Source: a bacterium
GTDB taxonomy: Bacteria > Zhuqueibacterota > Zhuqueibacteria > Residuimicrobiales > Krinioviventaceae
Assembly: GCA_963674595.2 (NCBI GenBank)
Contig: CAXXFV010000004.1
Location: 192,001 to 256,000 of the forward strand
Reading direction: 5' to 3'
DNA: 64,000 bases
Part shown: positions 1 to 10,788 of the stretch, one piece after another
Layout of the letters: each line of letters opens with the position of its first letter
Position numbering within the stretch: the first letter of the stretch is position 1
Program-made: the position numbers and the translations under genes
The notes under the pieces: model-generated
What the model saw: only the letters and a program-made list of their open reading frames with translations
What the model was told of the DNA's origin: nothing
The model's database searches: none

Positions 1-14
1 TTTTACAGCAAAGA

Positions 15-875
15 TCAAGGTTCCCTATTTACAACCAACTGAGAAACCAGCATCCCGGCCAGCATCAACACACAGCCGACAAATCCGCGCAAAGAAATCA
101 TTTCCTGCAGCAGCAACCAGCCGCCGAAAACGGCAAAAACAGCTTCAAGGCTCAATATAATGGCGGCATGACTGGGAGGCGTATGTTTTTGTGCAACAAT
201 CTGTAAGCTATAGGCCACACCGACAGACATAATTCCGCCGTATAAAATAGGTATGGCAGCTTTGGTTATCAATTCCATGGAAAAAGACTCAAACAGCACA
301 GCGGTTATTAAACTCGCCAAAGCACAGACTGCGTATTGAATAAAAGCAAGCTGACCAGACCGTATTTTTGGTGAAAAATGGGCGATAATGTGTACATGAA
401 GCGCCCAAAAAAAGGCGCTCAAAAGTACCAAAAAATCTCCTTTTTGAATGTGCCACGCTTCATTAACCGAAAGCAAATACAATCCGATAACGGCAAGGAA
501 CACACCAACCCAGTTAGCTTTACCTGTTTTATGACCGAGAAAAATCCCAAAGATCGGCACGATCACCACATATAGCCCTGTGATAAAACCGGCATTTCCG
601 GCTGTGGTGTAAACAATACCCACCTGCTGCAGAGAAGACCCTAAAAACAACGCGATACCGGCATAAATACCACCGATTAAAGTTGTTTTAAAATTTTTTG
701 TATTTTGATCTTTATTAAATAAAAAGGGAATGAGAACAAGCGCCCCTAAGGTAAAACGAATGCCGTTAAAAACAAAAGGTCCGATATGCTCCATACCGAC
801 ACGTTGAGCAACAAACGCAAATCCCCAAATAGATGCAGTCAGTAATAGAAGGATATCATATTTTAAAACCTTCAT
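15..875 (-). CDS. DMT/EamA family transporter
   Basis: About 10 hydrophobic helices, with EamA-type IWGFAFVAQR and AIILSLEAVFA segments. ATG at 875; an alternative TTG at 893 overlaps the SNF2 stop codon. Confidence 0.9.
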   Translation of the reverse strand: MKVLKYDILLLLTASIWGFAFVAQRVGMEHIGPFVFNGIRFTLGALVLIPFLFNKDQNTKNFKTTLIGGIYAGIALFLGSSLQQVGIVYTTAGNAGFITGLYVVIVPIFGIFLGHKTGKANWVGVFLAVIGLYLLSVNEAWHIQKGDFLVLLSAFFWALHVHIIAHFSPKIRSGQLAFIQYAVCALASLITAVLFESFSMELITKAAIPILYGGIMSVGVAYSLQIVAQKHTPPSHAAIILSLEAVFAVFGGWLLLQEMISLRGFVGCVLMLAGMLVSQLVVNREP

Positions 876-889
876 AAGCCCCAACCGTA

Positions 890-3800
890 TCAACTAAATA
901 ATATTTCTATATCTTTTCTGGTCAAATTTTTGAAAAAATTGGTGTCGGTACTGATGAGATTTGATACCAGGTTTTTCTTTTTGGCCTGCAATTCAAGCAT
1001 TTTTTCTTCAACAGAATTTTTGGTAATCAACCGGTAAACAAAAACATTTTTTTGCTGCCCTATTCGGTGGGCACGGTCTGTTGCCTGCATTTCGACTGCC
1101 GGGTTCCACCAGGGATCATAATGAATTACATAATCTGCTGCCGTCAAATTCAGCCCTGTACCGCCGGCTTTGAGACTGATCAGAAAAATTCGTTTATCAT
1201 CATCATTTTGAAAACGGTCCACACACTCGTGACGGTTTTTTGTATGTCCGTCCAAATATTCATAGGGAATATTATTTTTATCAAGGTATTGCTGCATCAA
1301 TTTGAGCATTTTGACAAACTGGGAAAAAATAAGGACTTTATGTTTTTCCGACAAAATTTCATCAACAAACTCTTTTAACGCTTCAAACTTGCCGGAATCA
1401 TCCAGTGTGCTTTTGTCCACCAAAAAGGGGTGACAGGATATCTGGCGTAATTTGACCAGACCTTCCAGGATATTCATGTGAGATTTTTCAATCCCAACCG
1501 TATCAATTCTGTTCAGTAAAATAGCGCGATAATGGTCCCGCCATTGTTTATAAAGCTGTTCCTGTTTTTCATTCATGGAACAATAAACGGTTTGTTCAAA
1601 TTTTGGCGGAAGTTCTTTTGCTACATTTTCCTTTGTTCTTCGCAGGATAAATGGAAAAATAATCTGGCGTAAAAACTCTGCTGTTTCGGTTTCACCTTTC
1701 TTTTCTATCGGTGTTGAAAAGGAGCGTTTAAAATAGTTAATGGAACCCAGCAAACCTGGATTCAGAAAAGAAAACTGCGACCATAATTCCAACGTATTAT
1801 TTTCAACCGGGGTTCCTGTTAAAACCAGTCGATATTTTGCATTTAACAAACGGGACGCTTTGGCCGTTTGCGATATGGGATTTTTAATTTTTTGCGATTC
1901 GTCTAAAATTGCATAAAAAAAGTCGACATCTTTAAGCAGCACAATGTCCCGGCGCATAATTCCGTAGGTCGTTAAAACAATGTCATAATTATAAAACATT
2001 TTCGCATCAACAACACGATCCAACCCTGTGTGGATATGGACCTTGAGGTCAGGTGTAAATTTTTGAATTTCCCGTTCCCAGTTAAACACAACAGAGGTGG
2101 GGCATACTATAATACTGGGGATTTTGTTGCCCTTTTCTTTTTCCATCAACAACATGGTCAATGTTTGCAGGGTTTTACCAAGGCCCATATCATCTGCCAA
2201 ACAACCGCCAAAAGAATGGTCCTGAAGAAAATAGAGCCAATCATACCCTGCTTTTTGATAAGGCCTTAGCAGTCCGTTAATTTTAGACGGCAGTTTTTTT
2301 TGCCTGATTTGACTAAAATCTCTTAACCGCTGCAACCGGTTTTCAAACTCCCGGTCAGTCGTTTTGCTGGAAGCTTCTTCCAGCAGCAAATCAATCAGCG
2401 TCGCATGATACTGGGGAATTTTAATCTGCTCATCCTGAACATCGGTAAAATTAAACAAATGCTGAAATTTCTTATACCATTCTTCAGTCAACCGGGCCGT
2501 ACTGCCGTCAACAAGCTTTACATACCTCTTGTGATGGAACATGGACTTGCGTAACTCTTTCATGGACAGGCTGACACCGTCAATATCTATTTCCAGGTTC
2601 AGGTCAAACCAGTCAATTTGTGAAGAAACAGCAACTTTAACATTCGGTGACCCGGTGCGGACTTTATACTTTTTCAGGTCACCTTCTCCAAAAACAACAA
2701 ATCCTTTTCCAGAGAGTTTTGGAATATTATCAAACATCCACTCAAGCGCCTTGGAATCGATAATCCGCAATTCATTATTGGCATAATTTCTTAACCCTGT
2801 TTCCAATAATTCATTTCGAATGGACTCTTCCTTTTCCCGGTTTCGCACAATCTGAACGATACCGTTGCCATTTTTTCTTAAAATCTGATTATAAGGATTT
2901 TTATATTCAACTTTGAAATTGTCATAATCAAAGACAAGATCGATAAATAATTCTTTGTAACCTTCACGCAAATAAAGTTGGACCTGCTTTATTTCATTAA
3001 CCACATCAACAACAACGGAATCCGGTAAAGACAACGAAGTAAAATTTGCCAACTGAAAATATTTGTCCTGAACAAAATTTGAAAACTCGGACTTGGGAAT
3101 TTGCAAAGAGATACTGGACCGTGTAAACGGCACCAGGATGTCTGCAGAATCAAGATTATTAACACGATAGAGTCGATTTTCCCACAAAATCCAAACCGGA
3201 TTTTCGGATAAAATATAAAAATCAGGACTGATCTTTTCTCTGATATCCTTGAATACAAACTCGCAAACAAGCTCAAAGTCATCTTCAGTTTCATCAAACC
3301 ACAAATCTATAGAGCAGGATTCCGGTTCAAACTCAATATTTTGATTCAAGTCTGAATTTATGTATAAATCACTATCTGACAAAAAGTCCAATAAAGGGCC
3401 TAATTTGCTGCCGTATTTAAAATGAAAAACATGAGAATCAAAATAATTATTTGAACGATAATAGTTGTAATCATAAAAACTGTTATAGTGCTGTTCAAGG
3501 TTTTGCAAATAGGCAATAACAATAGGATCATTTTGAGAATAAACAAGAGAACTGTTTTGTGGATCAAATTCGCCGATATTCGTCAAACGCCCCAACGAAT
3601 TATCTTTTTTTATATAGGCTTTTTGCGGCATTATCGACCACGATTCGCTATTCAGTTTAACCAGGTAGATAATTTTCCATTTTTGAATTAATTTTGCCCC
3701 GTTTGTTTCAGAAACCTGATGGTTTTTTAAAATATCATCAAAGAAAATATTCCAATCCGGATTTGTTTCCTGGTATACAAGGGTCTCCCGGTTTTCATCA

Positions 3801-4066
3801 TACCACTCTTTGGCAGCCAACAGGGCGGCAATAACATGTTTGCATGTAGCCCAGTAAGGGCACGTGCAACTGGTTAAAAAATGTTCGTGTGTTAACTGTA
3901 CACTGACCTGGTAGGCAAAGCTTCCCTGAACAGTTGCTTCAAACTGTGTAAGATCTATTTTGTTTAATGTAACCCGACCTTGTTTAAAATAACGAAGACC
4001 GCGTCTATAAATCTCCAGGTTGACTATTTTTTTTATTTCACGTAATTCTATTTTCATTTTTATCAA
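890..4066 (-). CDS. SWIM zinc finger + SNF2 family helicase/ATPase
   Basis: SWIM motif CTCPYWATCKH, Walker A LADDMGLGKT, DESQ box, LTGTPVEN, and C-terminal QATDRAHRIGQ. Confidence 0.93.
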   Translation of the reverse strand: MIKMKIELREIKKIVNLEIYRRGLRYFKQGRVTLNKIDLTQFEATVQGSFAYQVSVQLTHEHFLTSCTCPYWATCKHVIAALLAAKEWYDENRETLVYQETNPDWNIFFDDILKNHQVSETNGAKLIQKWKIIYLVKLNSESWSIMPQKAYIKKDNSLGRLTNIGEFDPQNSSLVYSQNDPIVIAYLQNLEQHYNSFYDYNYYRSNNYFDSHVFHFKYGSKLGPLLDFLSDSDLYINSDLNQNIEFEPESCSIDLWFDETEDDFELVCEFVFKDIREKISPDFYILSENPVWILWENRLYRVNNLDSADILVPFTRSSISLQIPKSEFSNFVQDKYFQLANFTSLSLPDSVVVDVVNEIKQVQLYLREGYKELFIDLVFDYDNFKVEYKNPYNQILRKNGNGIVQIVRNREKEESIRNELLETGLRNYANNELRIIDSKALEWMFDNIPKLSGKGFVVFGEGDLKKYKVRTGSPNVKVAVSSQIDWFDLNLEIDIDGVSLSMKELRKSMFHHKRYVKLVDGSTARLTEEWYKKFQHLFNFTDVQDEQIKIPQYHATLIDLLLEEASSKTTDREFENRLQRLRDFSQIRQKKLPSKINGLLRPYQKAGYDWLYFLQDHSFGGCLADDMGLGKTLQTLTMLLMEKEKGNKIPSIIVCPTSVVFNWEREIQKFTPDLKVHIHTGLDRVVDAKMFYNYDIVLTTYGIMRRDIVLLKDVDFFYAILDESQKIKNPISQTAKASRLLNAKYRLVLTGTPVENNTLELWSQFSFLNPGLLGSINYFKRSFSTPIEKKGETETAEFLRQIIFPFILRRTKENVAKELPPKFEQTVYCSMNEKQEQLYKQWRDHYRAILLNRIDTVGIEKSHMNILEGLVKLRQISCHPFLVDKSTLDDSGKFEALKEFVDEILSEKHKVLIFSQFVKMLKLMQQYLDKNNIPYEYLDGHTKNRHECVDRFQNDDDKRIFLISLKAGGTGLNLTAADYVIHYDPWWNPAVEMQATDRAHRIGQQKNVFVYRLITKNSVEEKMLELQAKKKNLVSNLISTDTNFFKNLTRKDIEILFS

Positions 4067-4180
4067 CTTGACTCAAAAGTACATAATCTTAATGTTACTT
4101 TATGTTGACTTAAAAATCAAGCTTAATTTTATCCGATCTGGTATTTTTAGGCGAAATGGAAGTTGATAATTTTCGTGTGA

Positions 4181-5983
4181 TTATGAGACTTTACGCTTGA
4201 TAATTTCCCGGTTATATGAATTGATCACATTTTCATGACTTAAAATTCCTATAACCCGATCTTCATCACGCATATCGACGACTGGAATCTGTTCGTATTC
4301 AAAATCTATAAACTTTTTTAAAGCACTTCGAAGGCTTTCTGCAGGTGTCACTGTTACCAAAGGACTCATTAAATCCTGGGCTATTAAAAACTGGCTCATA
4401 CCCTCTTCAAACAAAACGGTCCTGACGTTTTTAAGAGAAATGATACCTTTTAACTCTCTATTATTATTTATTACAGGGAAATAGCTGCCTTCCCATTGCA
4501 ACATGGCATTTTGTATCTCCTGTAAAGGAGTATGTTCATATATAATTGGAATGGATTCATATTTTTTAAAAGCCTGTTCCACAACCAATTTATCCAAAAC
4601 ATCTACTGTAAAATCTCCCATATGGGAAGGGGAATCAGCCATACGATTGACCTGTTTTTCATACAAAGTTGTTTTGGAAAGTGTAACATAAGCTGTTGAA
4701 GAGGATAACATCATCGGCACCAAAAGATGGTAACCTCCTGTCATTTCACTGACCATAATCATGGATGATATTGGCACTTTGGCTGCTCCGGCAAAAAAAG
4801 CGCCCATACCCACCAGTACAAAAGTCTCAGGATTACTTATAACTCCGGGAATCAATTGATCAATGATCTGTCCATAAGCCCCACCAAGCATCCCGCCGAT
4901 AAACAGAGAGGGAGCAAAAACACCGCCGCTACCGCCGGAACTAATGGTAAAGGATGTGGCAAAAATTTTCACAACAGCAGCAATAAGCATAAAATGTATT
5001 GTTAATTGACCATTCATTGCCTGTTGCAAATATCCATATCCCGAAGCCAAACAATAGGGTGCAAATGCGCCCAATATTCCAATCATCAAACCACCAATAG
5101 CCGGCTTTAAATGTGGAATAACAGGTAAGACTTTAAAAAAATGGTCACGTAATCCATAAAAAATTTTGATATAAATATAACCCACAAAGGCACAGACCAA
5201 TCCAAGACCTGCATAGAATAATAATTCAACCGGATTTTGAAACATAAAATCCGGTGTTTTAAAAAGCATTCCCCAGCCGTATTTGGAGGCAAAAATAGAA
5301 TAGGCGACAATTGAAGAAACAAGAGCAGGAATAAGGGCCTTTGCCTCAAAATCTCTTTTATACAGGACTTCTACAGCGAATAAAGCGCCTCCCAAAGGTG
5401 AACGGAAAATAGCACCGATACCACCGGCCGCACCGGATATCAACAGGATACGTCGTTCATCATCATTCAGGCGTAATAATTTACTTACATAAGCTCCGAA
5501 TCCGGCACCAATCTGCGCAATAGGGCCTTCTCGACCGGCACTTCCACCTGTACCAATAGTAATGATTGAACTAATTGTTTTGATAAGAGGAACACGTTTC
5601 CGTATGTATCCGCGTTTTTGGTGAAAGGCTTCTATCACAGCGTCTGTTCCGTGACCTTCAGCTTCCGGGGCAAATTTGAAAACCAAAAATCCGGATACAA
5701 GCCCGCCAACAGCCGGAGCGATGATAAGAAACCACCAGCGAATTTGCCCGCCAACAGGTTCAAAACCACTCATTTCCCCTTGAGGTTCGGGTGGAAAATA
5801 ATTACATATAACATGAAGGCAATTATGAGTAAGCCAGTTTAATAACGAAAAAAATAATATAGCTCCGAGCCCAGAGACAATTCCAACAATCATACTGGTT
5901 AAAAAAAGCCGTCCCGTTGAACGGAAAGCCATACGATTAAAAAGATTTATAATCCGGGACACTTTTTCACTCCAAACGCTCAA
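4181..5983 (-). CDS. CLC family chloride channel/antiporter with C-terminal CBS pair
   Basis: GREGP and GGVFAP CLC signatures, GHGTD at the GSGIP position, and two CBS domains at the C-terminus. TTG start. Confidence 0.92.
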   Translation of the reverse strand: MSVWSEKVSRIINLFNRMAFRSTGRLFLTSMIVGIVSGLGAILFFSLLNWLTHNCLHVICNYFPPEPQGEMSGFEPVGGQIRWWFLIIAPAVGGLVSGFLVFKFAPEAEGHGTDAVIEAFHQKRGYIRKRVPLIKTISSIITIGTGGSAGREGPIAQIGAGFGAYVSKLLRLNDDERRILLISGAAGGIGAIFRSPLGGALFAVEVLYKRDFEAKALIPALVSSIVAYSIFASKYGWGMLFKTPDFMFQNPVELLFYAGLGLVCAFVGYIYIKIFYGLRDHFFKVLPVIPHLKPAIGGLMIGILGAFAPYCLASGYGYLQQAMNGQLTIHFMLIAAVVKIFATSFTISSGGSGGVFAPSLFIGGMLGGAYGQIIDQLIPGVISNPETFVLVGMGAFFAGAAKVPISSMIMVSEMTGGYHLLVPMMLSSSTAYVTLSKTTLYEKQVNRMADSPSHMGDFTVDVLDKLVVEQAFKKYESIPIIYEHTPLQEIQNAMLQWEGSYFPVINNNRELKGIISLKNVRTVLFEEGMSQFLIAQDLMSPLVTVTPAESLRSALKKFIDFEYEQIPVVDMRDEDRVIGILSHENVINSYNREIIKRKVS

Positions 5984-6003
5984 TCTGCAAATACGTGCAA
6001 TTT

Positions 6004-6459
6004 CTAATCTTCAGCTTCTTCAAAAATCTTTCTAACTTCTACGGGTGTTTGTGCTTTTAAAAGTTTTTGCCTTATTTTATCCTCTCGTAACAGTTTAGAT
6101 AGCCGGGCTAAAACTTTTAAATATTCCCCAACGGCTTTAACGGGTGTTGCAAGTAAAAAGATTAACCTTACATTTTCTTTATCTTCAGCGCCAAAATCAA
6201 CGCCTTCTTTTAGCCGAGTCATGGTGATTGTAATTTCATCAACATTTTGTGTTCGAGCATGAGGTAAAGCGACACCACGCCCGATACCGGTACTACCTAA
6301 ACTTTCGCGCTGATAAACTTCCTGCAAAAATTTCGAAGCATTTGCTAATACATCACATTTCCCCATGAATTCAACTGTTTTAGCAATAGCCCCCACTTTA
6401 TCCGGGGCATCTATATCGAGAAAAATTAAACAATCCCGAAAATAGTCTGATAACCTCAA
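6004..6459 (-). CDS. PTS EIIA (Ntr/fructose-type) domain protein
   Basis: RESLGSTGIGRGVALPHAR with the phosphorylatable His. TTG start after an AAGGAG RBS. Confidence 0.9.
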   Translation of the reverse strand: MRLSDYFRDCLIFLDIDAPDKVGAIAKTVEFMGKCDVLANASKFLQEVYQRESLGSTGIGRGVALPHARTQNVDEITITMTRLKEGVDFGAEDKENVRLIFLLATPVKAVGEYLKVLARLSKLLREDKIRQKLLKAQTPVEVRKIFEEAED

Positions 6460-6552
6460 TGAATCTCCTTTAATGCATCACTGCCAAAGTCTATTTTATA
6501 AAGACAATCTAACTAAATTTTGACTAATTAATTAACAATTATTCAAGTATTA

Positions 6553-6581
6553 AATGTAATGATTACAATAGTAAAAGTCAA
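6553..6581 (-). promoter_or_regulatory. sigma70-like promoter for the EIIA-CLC operon, with an overlapping 13-bp palindrome
   Basis: Minus strand TTGACT-N17-TACATT. Palindrome TGTAAT-G-ATTACA at 6555-6567. Confidence 0.5.
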
Positions 6582-6806
6582 TATGAATTAAAATGATATA
6601 TGTTTCATCGGCAAGTCATGCCCGAATACGACTAGAAAACAAACCAAGTATATCCAATAAAATACAAAACATTACCTAAATCCACTGTTCCATGGGGCAG
6701 CTTGCGTGGTGCAGCACCCCGAACTATTATCGTTTTAAAATCTTATATTTTTGTCAAACCATTTGTTTATGAATCCGGATAAACAAAGTGATCTAAAAAT
6801 CCAAGT

Positions 6807-7337
6807 CTAAATGTTTAGTTTTATCATCGCCTTAAACTCACCCCGAATCGGGACTATTTTTTTGGAAACCGGGTTTGATAATTTCCCGCTAAATGTACCC
6901 TCAACAGCACTATTTGTAACTTTAGTAATTTTTAATGTTCCCTGAGAGTTTAAAGGCGTTGTGTTTGGTGCAGCCGTAAAAGCCAGAAAATCAAGAGGAA
7001 ACGTTTGCCCCTCCCACTTTTTCAGTTCACTTTCTTTATAATTGAGATTGATAATAAACTGAGGATATTTATCAGACCCTATATTATAATTAAAAAGCTG
7101 CAAATTATCATTTTTAAACAATTCACCTCTTGGCGTAAACTGGGCGATAAAAAATTTGTCGTGCATGGCTTTGTCTTTGAGTTTAAAGCGCAGCATACCG
7201 CCATTTGGTTCACGGTCGGATTTATCAGGTTCCGATACCTGAAAAGATCCCTGGGGCCGAAGGACCGGTTGTTTCTTTTTCTCACAGGCAAAAAAACCAA
7301 CCAATATTATTAAAACAAAAAAAATCTTTGTTTTCAT
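6807..7337 (-). CDS. hypothetical lipoprotein
   Basis: Signal peptide with lipobox FFAC. No family recognised. Confidence 0.75.
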   Translation of the reverse strand: MKTKIFFVLIILVGFFACEKKKQPVLRPQGSFQVSEPDKSDREPNGGMLRFKLKDKAMHDKFFIAQFTPRGELFKNDNLQLFNYNIGSDKYPQFIINLNYKESELKKWEGQTFPLDFLAFTAAPNTTPLNSQGTLKITKVTNSAVEGTFSGKLSNPVSKKIVPIRGEFKAMIKLNI

Positions 7338-7470
7338 AAATTTATCCTTAAATTAAGATTCAATATATGGGCAAACAAAAAACATTAACTCGAAATATTA
7401 TCTAAATTTACAATTTTTGTTATGAATAGCAAGCTTTTGAAAATGATATATTATGTGAAAGGAGATAAAT

Positions 7471-8718
7471 ATGACAAACAAGAACTATTCTTGTGTTGAA
7501 CGTTTTCTCGAATACATAAAATTTGACACACAATCCTCAGAAGAATCCGAAACATTCCCAAGCACCGACAAACAAAAAGATTTGGGTAAATTCCTGGTAA
7601 AAGAATTAAAGGACATGGGTATCAACGATGCCGCAATCGATGAACATGGTTATGTTACAGGAACACTGGAAGCAAATACGGACCATAAAGTTCCGGTTAT
7701 CGGATTAATTGCCCATTTAGACACATCTCCCGATGTTTCCGGTAAAGATGTTAAAGCAAAAATCCATAAAAACTACCAGGGTCAAGACCTGGAGTTATCA
7801 CCGGAATCCGGTGTTATCATAAAAGCCTCAGAAAATCCGGCCCTGGCAGAACAAATCGGTAACGATCTAATCACGTCCGACGGAACAACATTATTAGGTG
7901 CAGACAATAAAGCGGGTATTGCAGAAATATTTAACGCTGTTGAATATCTAATTAACAATCCTGAAATAAAACACGGCACTATAAAAATTGCCGTAACACC
8001 GGATGAAGAAGTCGGCAGAGGAACGGAACATTTTGATGTAAAAAAATTCGGCGCTGATTTTGCCTATACCATAGACGGAGAAACACTGGGTGAAATAGAA
8101 GACGAAACCTTTTGCGCGGATGCAGTTACCATGACAATCCAGGGTGTTAATGTCCATCCGGGATATGCCAAAAATAAACTGATAAATTCCATTAAAATAG
8201 CCACCGAAATCATTGACAAACTGCCCCCGAATGCACTTTCCCCGGAAACAACCGAAAAAAGAGAAGGATATATTCATCCGCATGCCATTAACGGCGGCGT
8301 GGAACAAACCGTTATTAAATATCTGATTCGTGATTTTACCGAAGAGGGCCTGAAAGAAAAGGAAAAATTCCTTAAAGAAATTTCAGACAATGTCATGGAA
8401 AAATATCCCAAAGCTGTTTTGGATTTTAAAATTGACGAATTCTACAGAAACATGAAATATCAATTAGATAAAGATGCACGAGTGGTGGATTATGCAGTTG
8501 AGGCGATTGAACGCTCCGGCATTGCTCCCAAAAAGAACATTATTCGCGGGGGTACGGACGGTGCCCGGCTTTCCTATGAAGGTCTGCTGACACCCAATAT
8601 TTTCACAGGCGGGCATAATTTTCATTCACGACAGGAATGGATATCGATTCAGGACATGCAAAAAGCAGTTGATGTTATCATTAACCTCGTACAGGTTTGG
8701 GAAGAAAAAAGTCGTTAA
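7471..8718 (+). CDS. pepT: peptidase T (M20B tripeptidase)
   Basis: IAHLDTSPD, LLGADNKAG, PDEEVGRG, IRGGTDG and HNFHS motifs. AAGGAG RBS. Confidence 0.96.
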   Translation: MTNKNYSCVERFLEYIKFDTQSSEESETFPSTDKQKDLGKFLVKELKDMGINDAAIDEHGYVTGTLEANTDHKVPVIGLIAHLDTSPDVSGKDVKAKIHKNYQGQDLELSPESGVIIKASENPALAEQIGNDLITSDGTTLLGADNKAGIAEIFNAVEYLINNPEIKHGTIKIAVTPDEEVGRGTEHFDVKKFGADFAYTIDGETLGEIEDETFCADAVTMTIQGVNVHPGYAKNKLINSIKIATEIIDKLPPNALSPETTEKREGYIHPHAINGGVEQTVIKYLIRDFTEEGLKEKEKFLKEISDNVMEKYPKAVLDFKIDEFYRNMKYQLDKDARVVDYAVEAIERSGIAPKKNIIRGGTDGARLSYEGLLTPNIFTGGHNFHSRQEWISIQDMQKAVDVIINLVQVWEEKSR

Positions 8719-8744
8719 TTTTAAACGAATATGTTATCAGCCTT

Positions 8745-9404
8745 ATGCATTTTGATTTTTTTGTAACCAAAAAACAACTGAAAATAAAATATAAAATACT
8801 GATTGTATTTTTATTTATCATATTTTGCTGGATGATTCGAAAGCCGGTTTTAACAGCACTCGGACGATATCTGGATATGCCTTCTTCAACCGCAGTATGT
8901 GATGTTGTCGTTGTGGAAGGCGGTCCGACTGTGGCCCGTCAACGTGTTGAAGCGGCTGTTAAATTGTATAAAACAAAACAAGCAAATTTTATCACCATCA
9001 CCTTAACCGGTTATGACAATGCTGTTGATGTTTTTGCACTAAAAAATTATACAAAAGCCGTCATGAAAGGACTGGACTCTCTGGGTGTCCCGCAAAATAG
9101 TTATCTCATAAAACATCTCAAAATCAAAGATCCGTTTACATATAATACCGCCCGGGCTTTGGCCCCGGAATTTAAAGACCGGGGTTTCACATCCCTCTTA
9201 ATAATAAACGACAATTTTCACATACGCCGCAGCTACCGGACATTTAAACACGTTATGAAAGCGCAGGGTATTTCGGTACATCCTTATACTGTGCCTATTT
9301 ACATAGACGCAACAAACTGGTGGCTGGCAGCCAACGGGTGGCGGCGTGTATTTTCAGAATATCTCAAGCTTGCATTTTATGGCTTCAAAGGTTATCTTGA
9401 TTAA
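8745..9404 (+). CDS. YdcF/ElyC/SanA (DUF218) family protein
   Basis: N-terminal TM, DVVVVEGG, TYNTA, FHIRRS and EYLKLAFY match the DUF218 pattern. Start uncertain. Confidence 0.75.
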   Translation: MHFDFFVTKKQLKIKYKILIVFLFIIFCWMIRKPVLTALGRYLDMPSSTAVCDVVVVEGGPTVARQRVEAAVKLYKTKQANFITITLTGYDNAVDVFALKNYTKAVMKGLDSLGVPQNSYLIKHLKIKDPFTYNTARALAPEFKDRGFTSLLIINDNFHIRRSYRTFKHVMKAQGISVHPYTVPIYIDATNWWLAANGWRRVFSEYLKLAFYGFKGYLD

Positions 9405-9432
9405 AACGTGAATTTGTAACAAAAGGAGCAGC

Positions 9433-10674
9433 ATGGCATTAAAAAAACTTTCTCTGACGACATGGATTTTTATCGGTATCTTTTTAGGGATTTTAGCCGG
9501 GTGGATTTTCGGGGAACCAATAATAGTCATAGCAGAACCAATGGCAAATTTGTTTTTAAGACTGTTACGTATGACAATTATGCCGCTCATTGTCACTTCT
9601 ATTTTGTCCGGAGTTTTAAGTGTTGGTACAGCAAAAAACCTGGGACGTTTGGGCATAAAAACATTTCTTTATTATACAACCAGCACCATCCTTGCCATCA
9701 TAACAGGTCAAATTTTGGTGAATATTTTTCGTCCCGGTATTGGGGCAAATGTTGGTCTCGAACAAAGTGTTGAAACAGTACATGCTGCAGAACAAAGTAT
9801 TGGAGACATGCTTTTCCGAATCATTCCTGAAAATCCTTTTCAATCAATGGCCCAGGGTGATGTATTACCTGTCATTTTCTTTTGCATTCTTTTGGGATTT
9901 TTTATCACACGGCTGAATGAACATCACAGACAACACATGACGGATTTTATTCAGGCCGGTTTTGATGCCATGATGAAAATGGTCCATTTGATTATTTGGA
10001 TGGCCCCCATAGGCGTTTTCGGAATCAATGCAAAAATAGTAGCAACTACCGGATTTAGTGCTTTTAAATCCCTGGGATTTTATTTTATTACGGTTGTTAT
10101 TGGTTTAGCTATCCACGTATTATTAACATTACCAATGCTGCTAAAATTTGTTGCCCGAGTTAATCCTTTTAAACATTATAAAGGAATGACCTCAGCAGTG
10201 TTAACAGCGTTTTCCACAAGTTCCTCAATGGTTACACTTCCCTTTAACCTGGAATGTGTGACAACCCGTTCACGTGTGTCTAAAAAAGTTGCCGGCTTTA
10301 TGCTGCCGATAGGTGCAACAGTAAATATGGACGGAACAGCTTTATACGAATGTGTTGCCACAATTTTTATAGCCCAGGTTTATGGAATTGACCTGAGCTT
10401 TACACAACAATTGCTTGTAGTTATAACAGCTTTGCTGGCGTCCATTGGAGCAGCAGCCGTACCAATGGCCGGTCTGGTTATGATGTCGATTATTCTTCAA
10501 GCTGTCGGATTACCACTGGAAGGTGTGGGAATTATTCTGGCTGTGGACAGAATTCTGGATATGTTTCGCACAACTGTCAATGTACTCAGCGATTCATGCG
10601 GCGCTGTCCTTGTCGCCAGGCTTGAAGGTGAATCCCTGGACAGAATGGGAGAACCGGCCGACGAAGAAGATTAA
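9433..10674 (+). CDS. dicarboxylate/amino acid:cation symporter (GltP/DAACS)
   Basis: AFSTSSS, GATVNMDGTALY and AVDRILDMFRT motifs. Confidence 0.95.
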   Translation: MALKKLSLTTWIFIGIFLGILAGWIFGEPIIVIAEPMANLFLRLLRMTIMPLIVTSILSGVLSVGTAKNLGRLGIKTFLYYTTSTILAIITGQILVNIFRPGIGANVGLEQSVETVHAAEQSIGDMLFRIIPENPFQSMAQGDVLPVIFFCILLGFFITRLNEHHRQHMTDFIQAGFDAMMKMVHLIIWMAPIGVFGINAKIVATTGFSAFKSLGFYFITVVIGLAIHVLLTLPMLLKFVARVNPFKHYKGMTSAVLTAFSTSSSMVTLPFNLECVTTRSRVSKKVAGFMLPIGATVNMDGTALYECVATIFIAQVYGIDLSFTQQLLVVITALLASIGAAAVPMAGLVMMSIILQAVGLPLEGVGIILAVDRILDMFRTTVNVLSDSCGAVLVARLEGESLDRMGEPADEED

Positions 10675-10788
10675 ATTTTGTTTGTTTAGCACAAAATAAT
10701 CCTGATAATAAAAAAAGTGAAACAAAATTCATTAAAAACCAGTAAAATACCCTGTTATATAAAAAATAAACTATTTTACGGTTACATA

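Noticed and set aside
890-4066. SNF2 as part of an anti-phage system (e.g. DISARM or Zorya-associated)
   Set aside because: It has the common stand-alone SWIM-SNF2 architecture and is flanked by transporters, with no methylase or nuclease partners.
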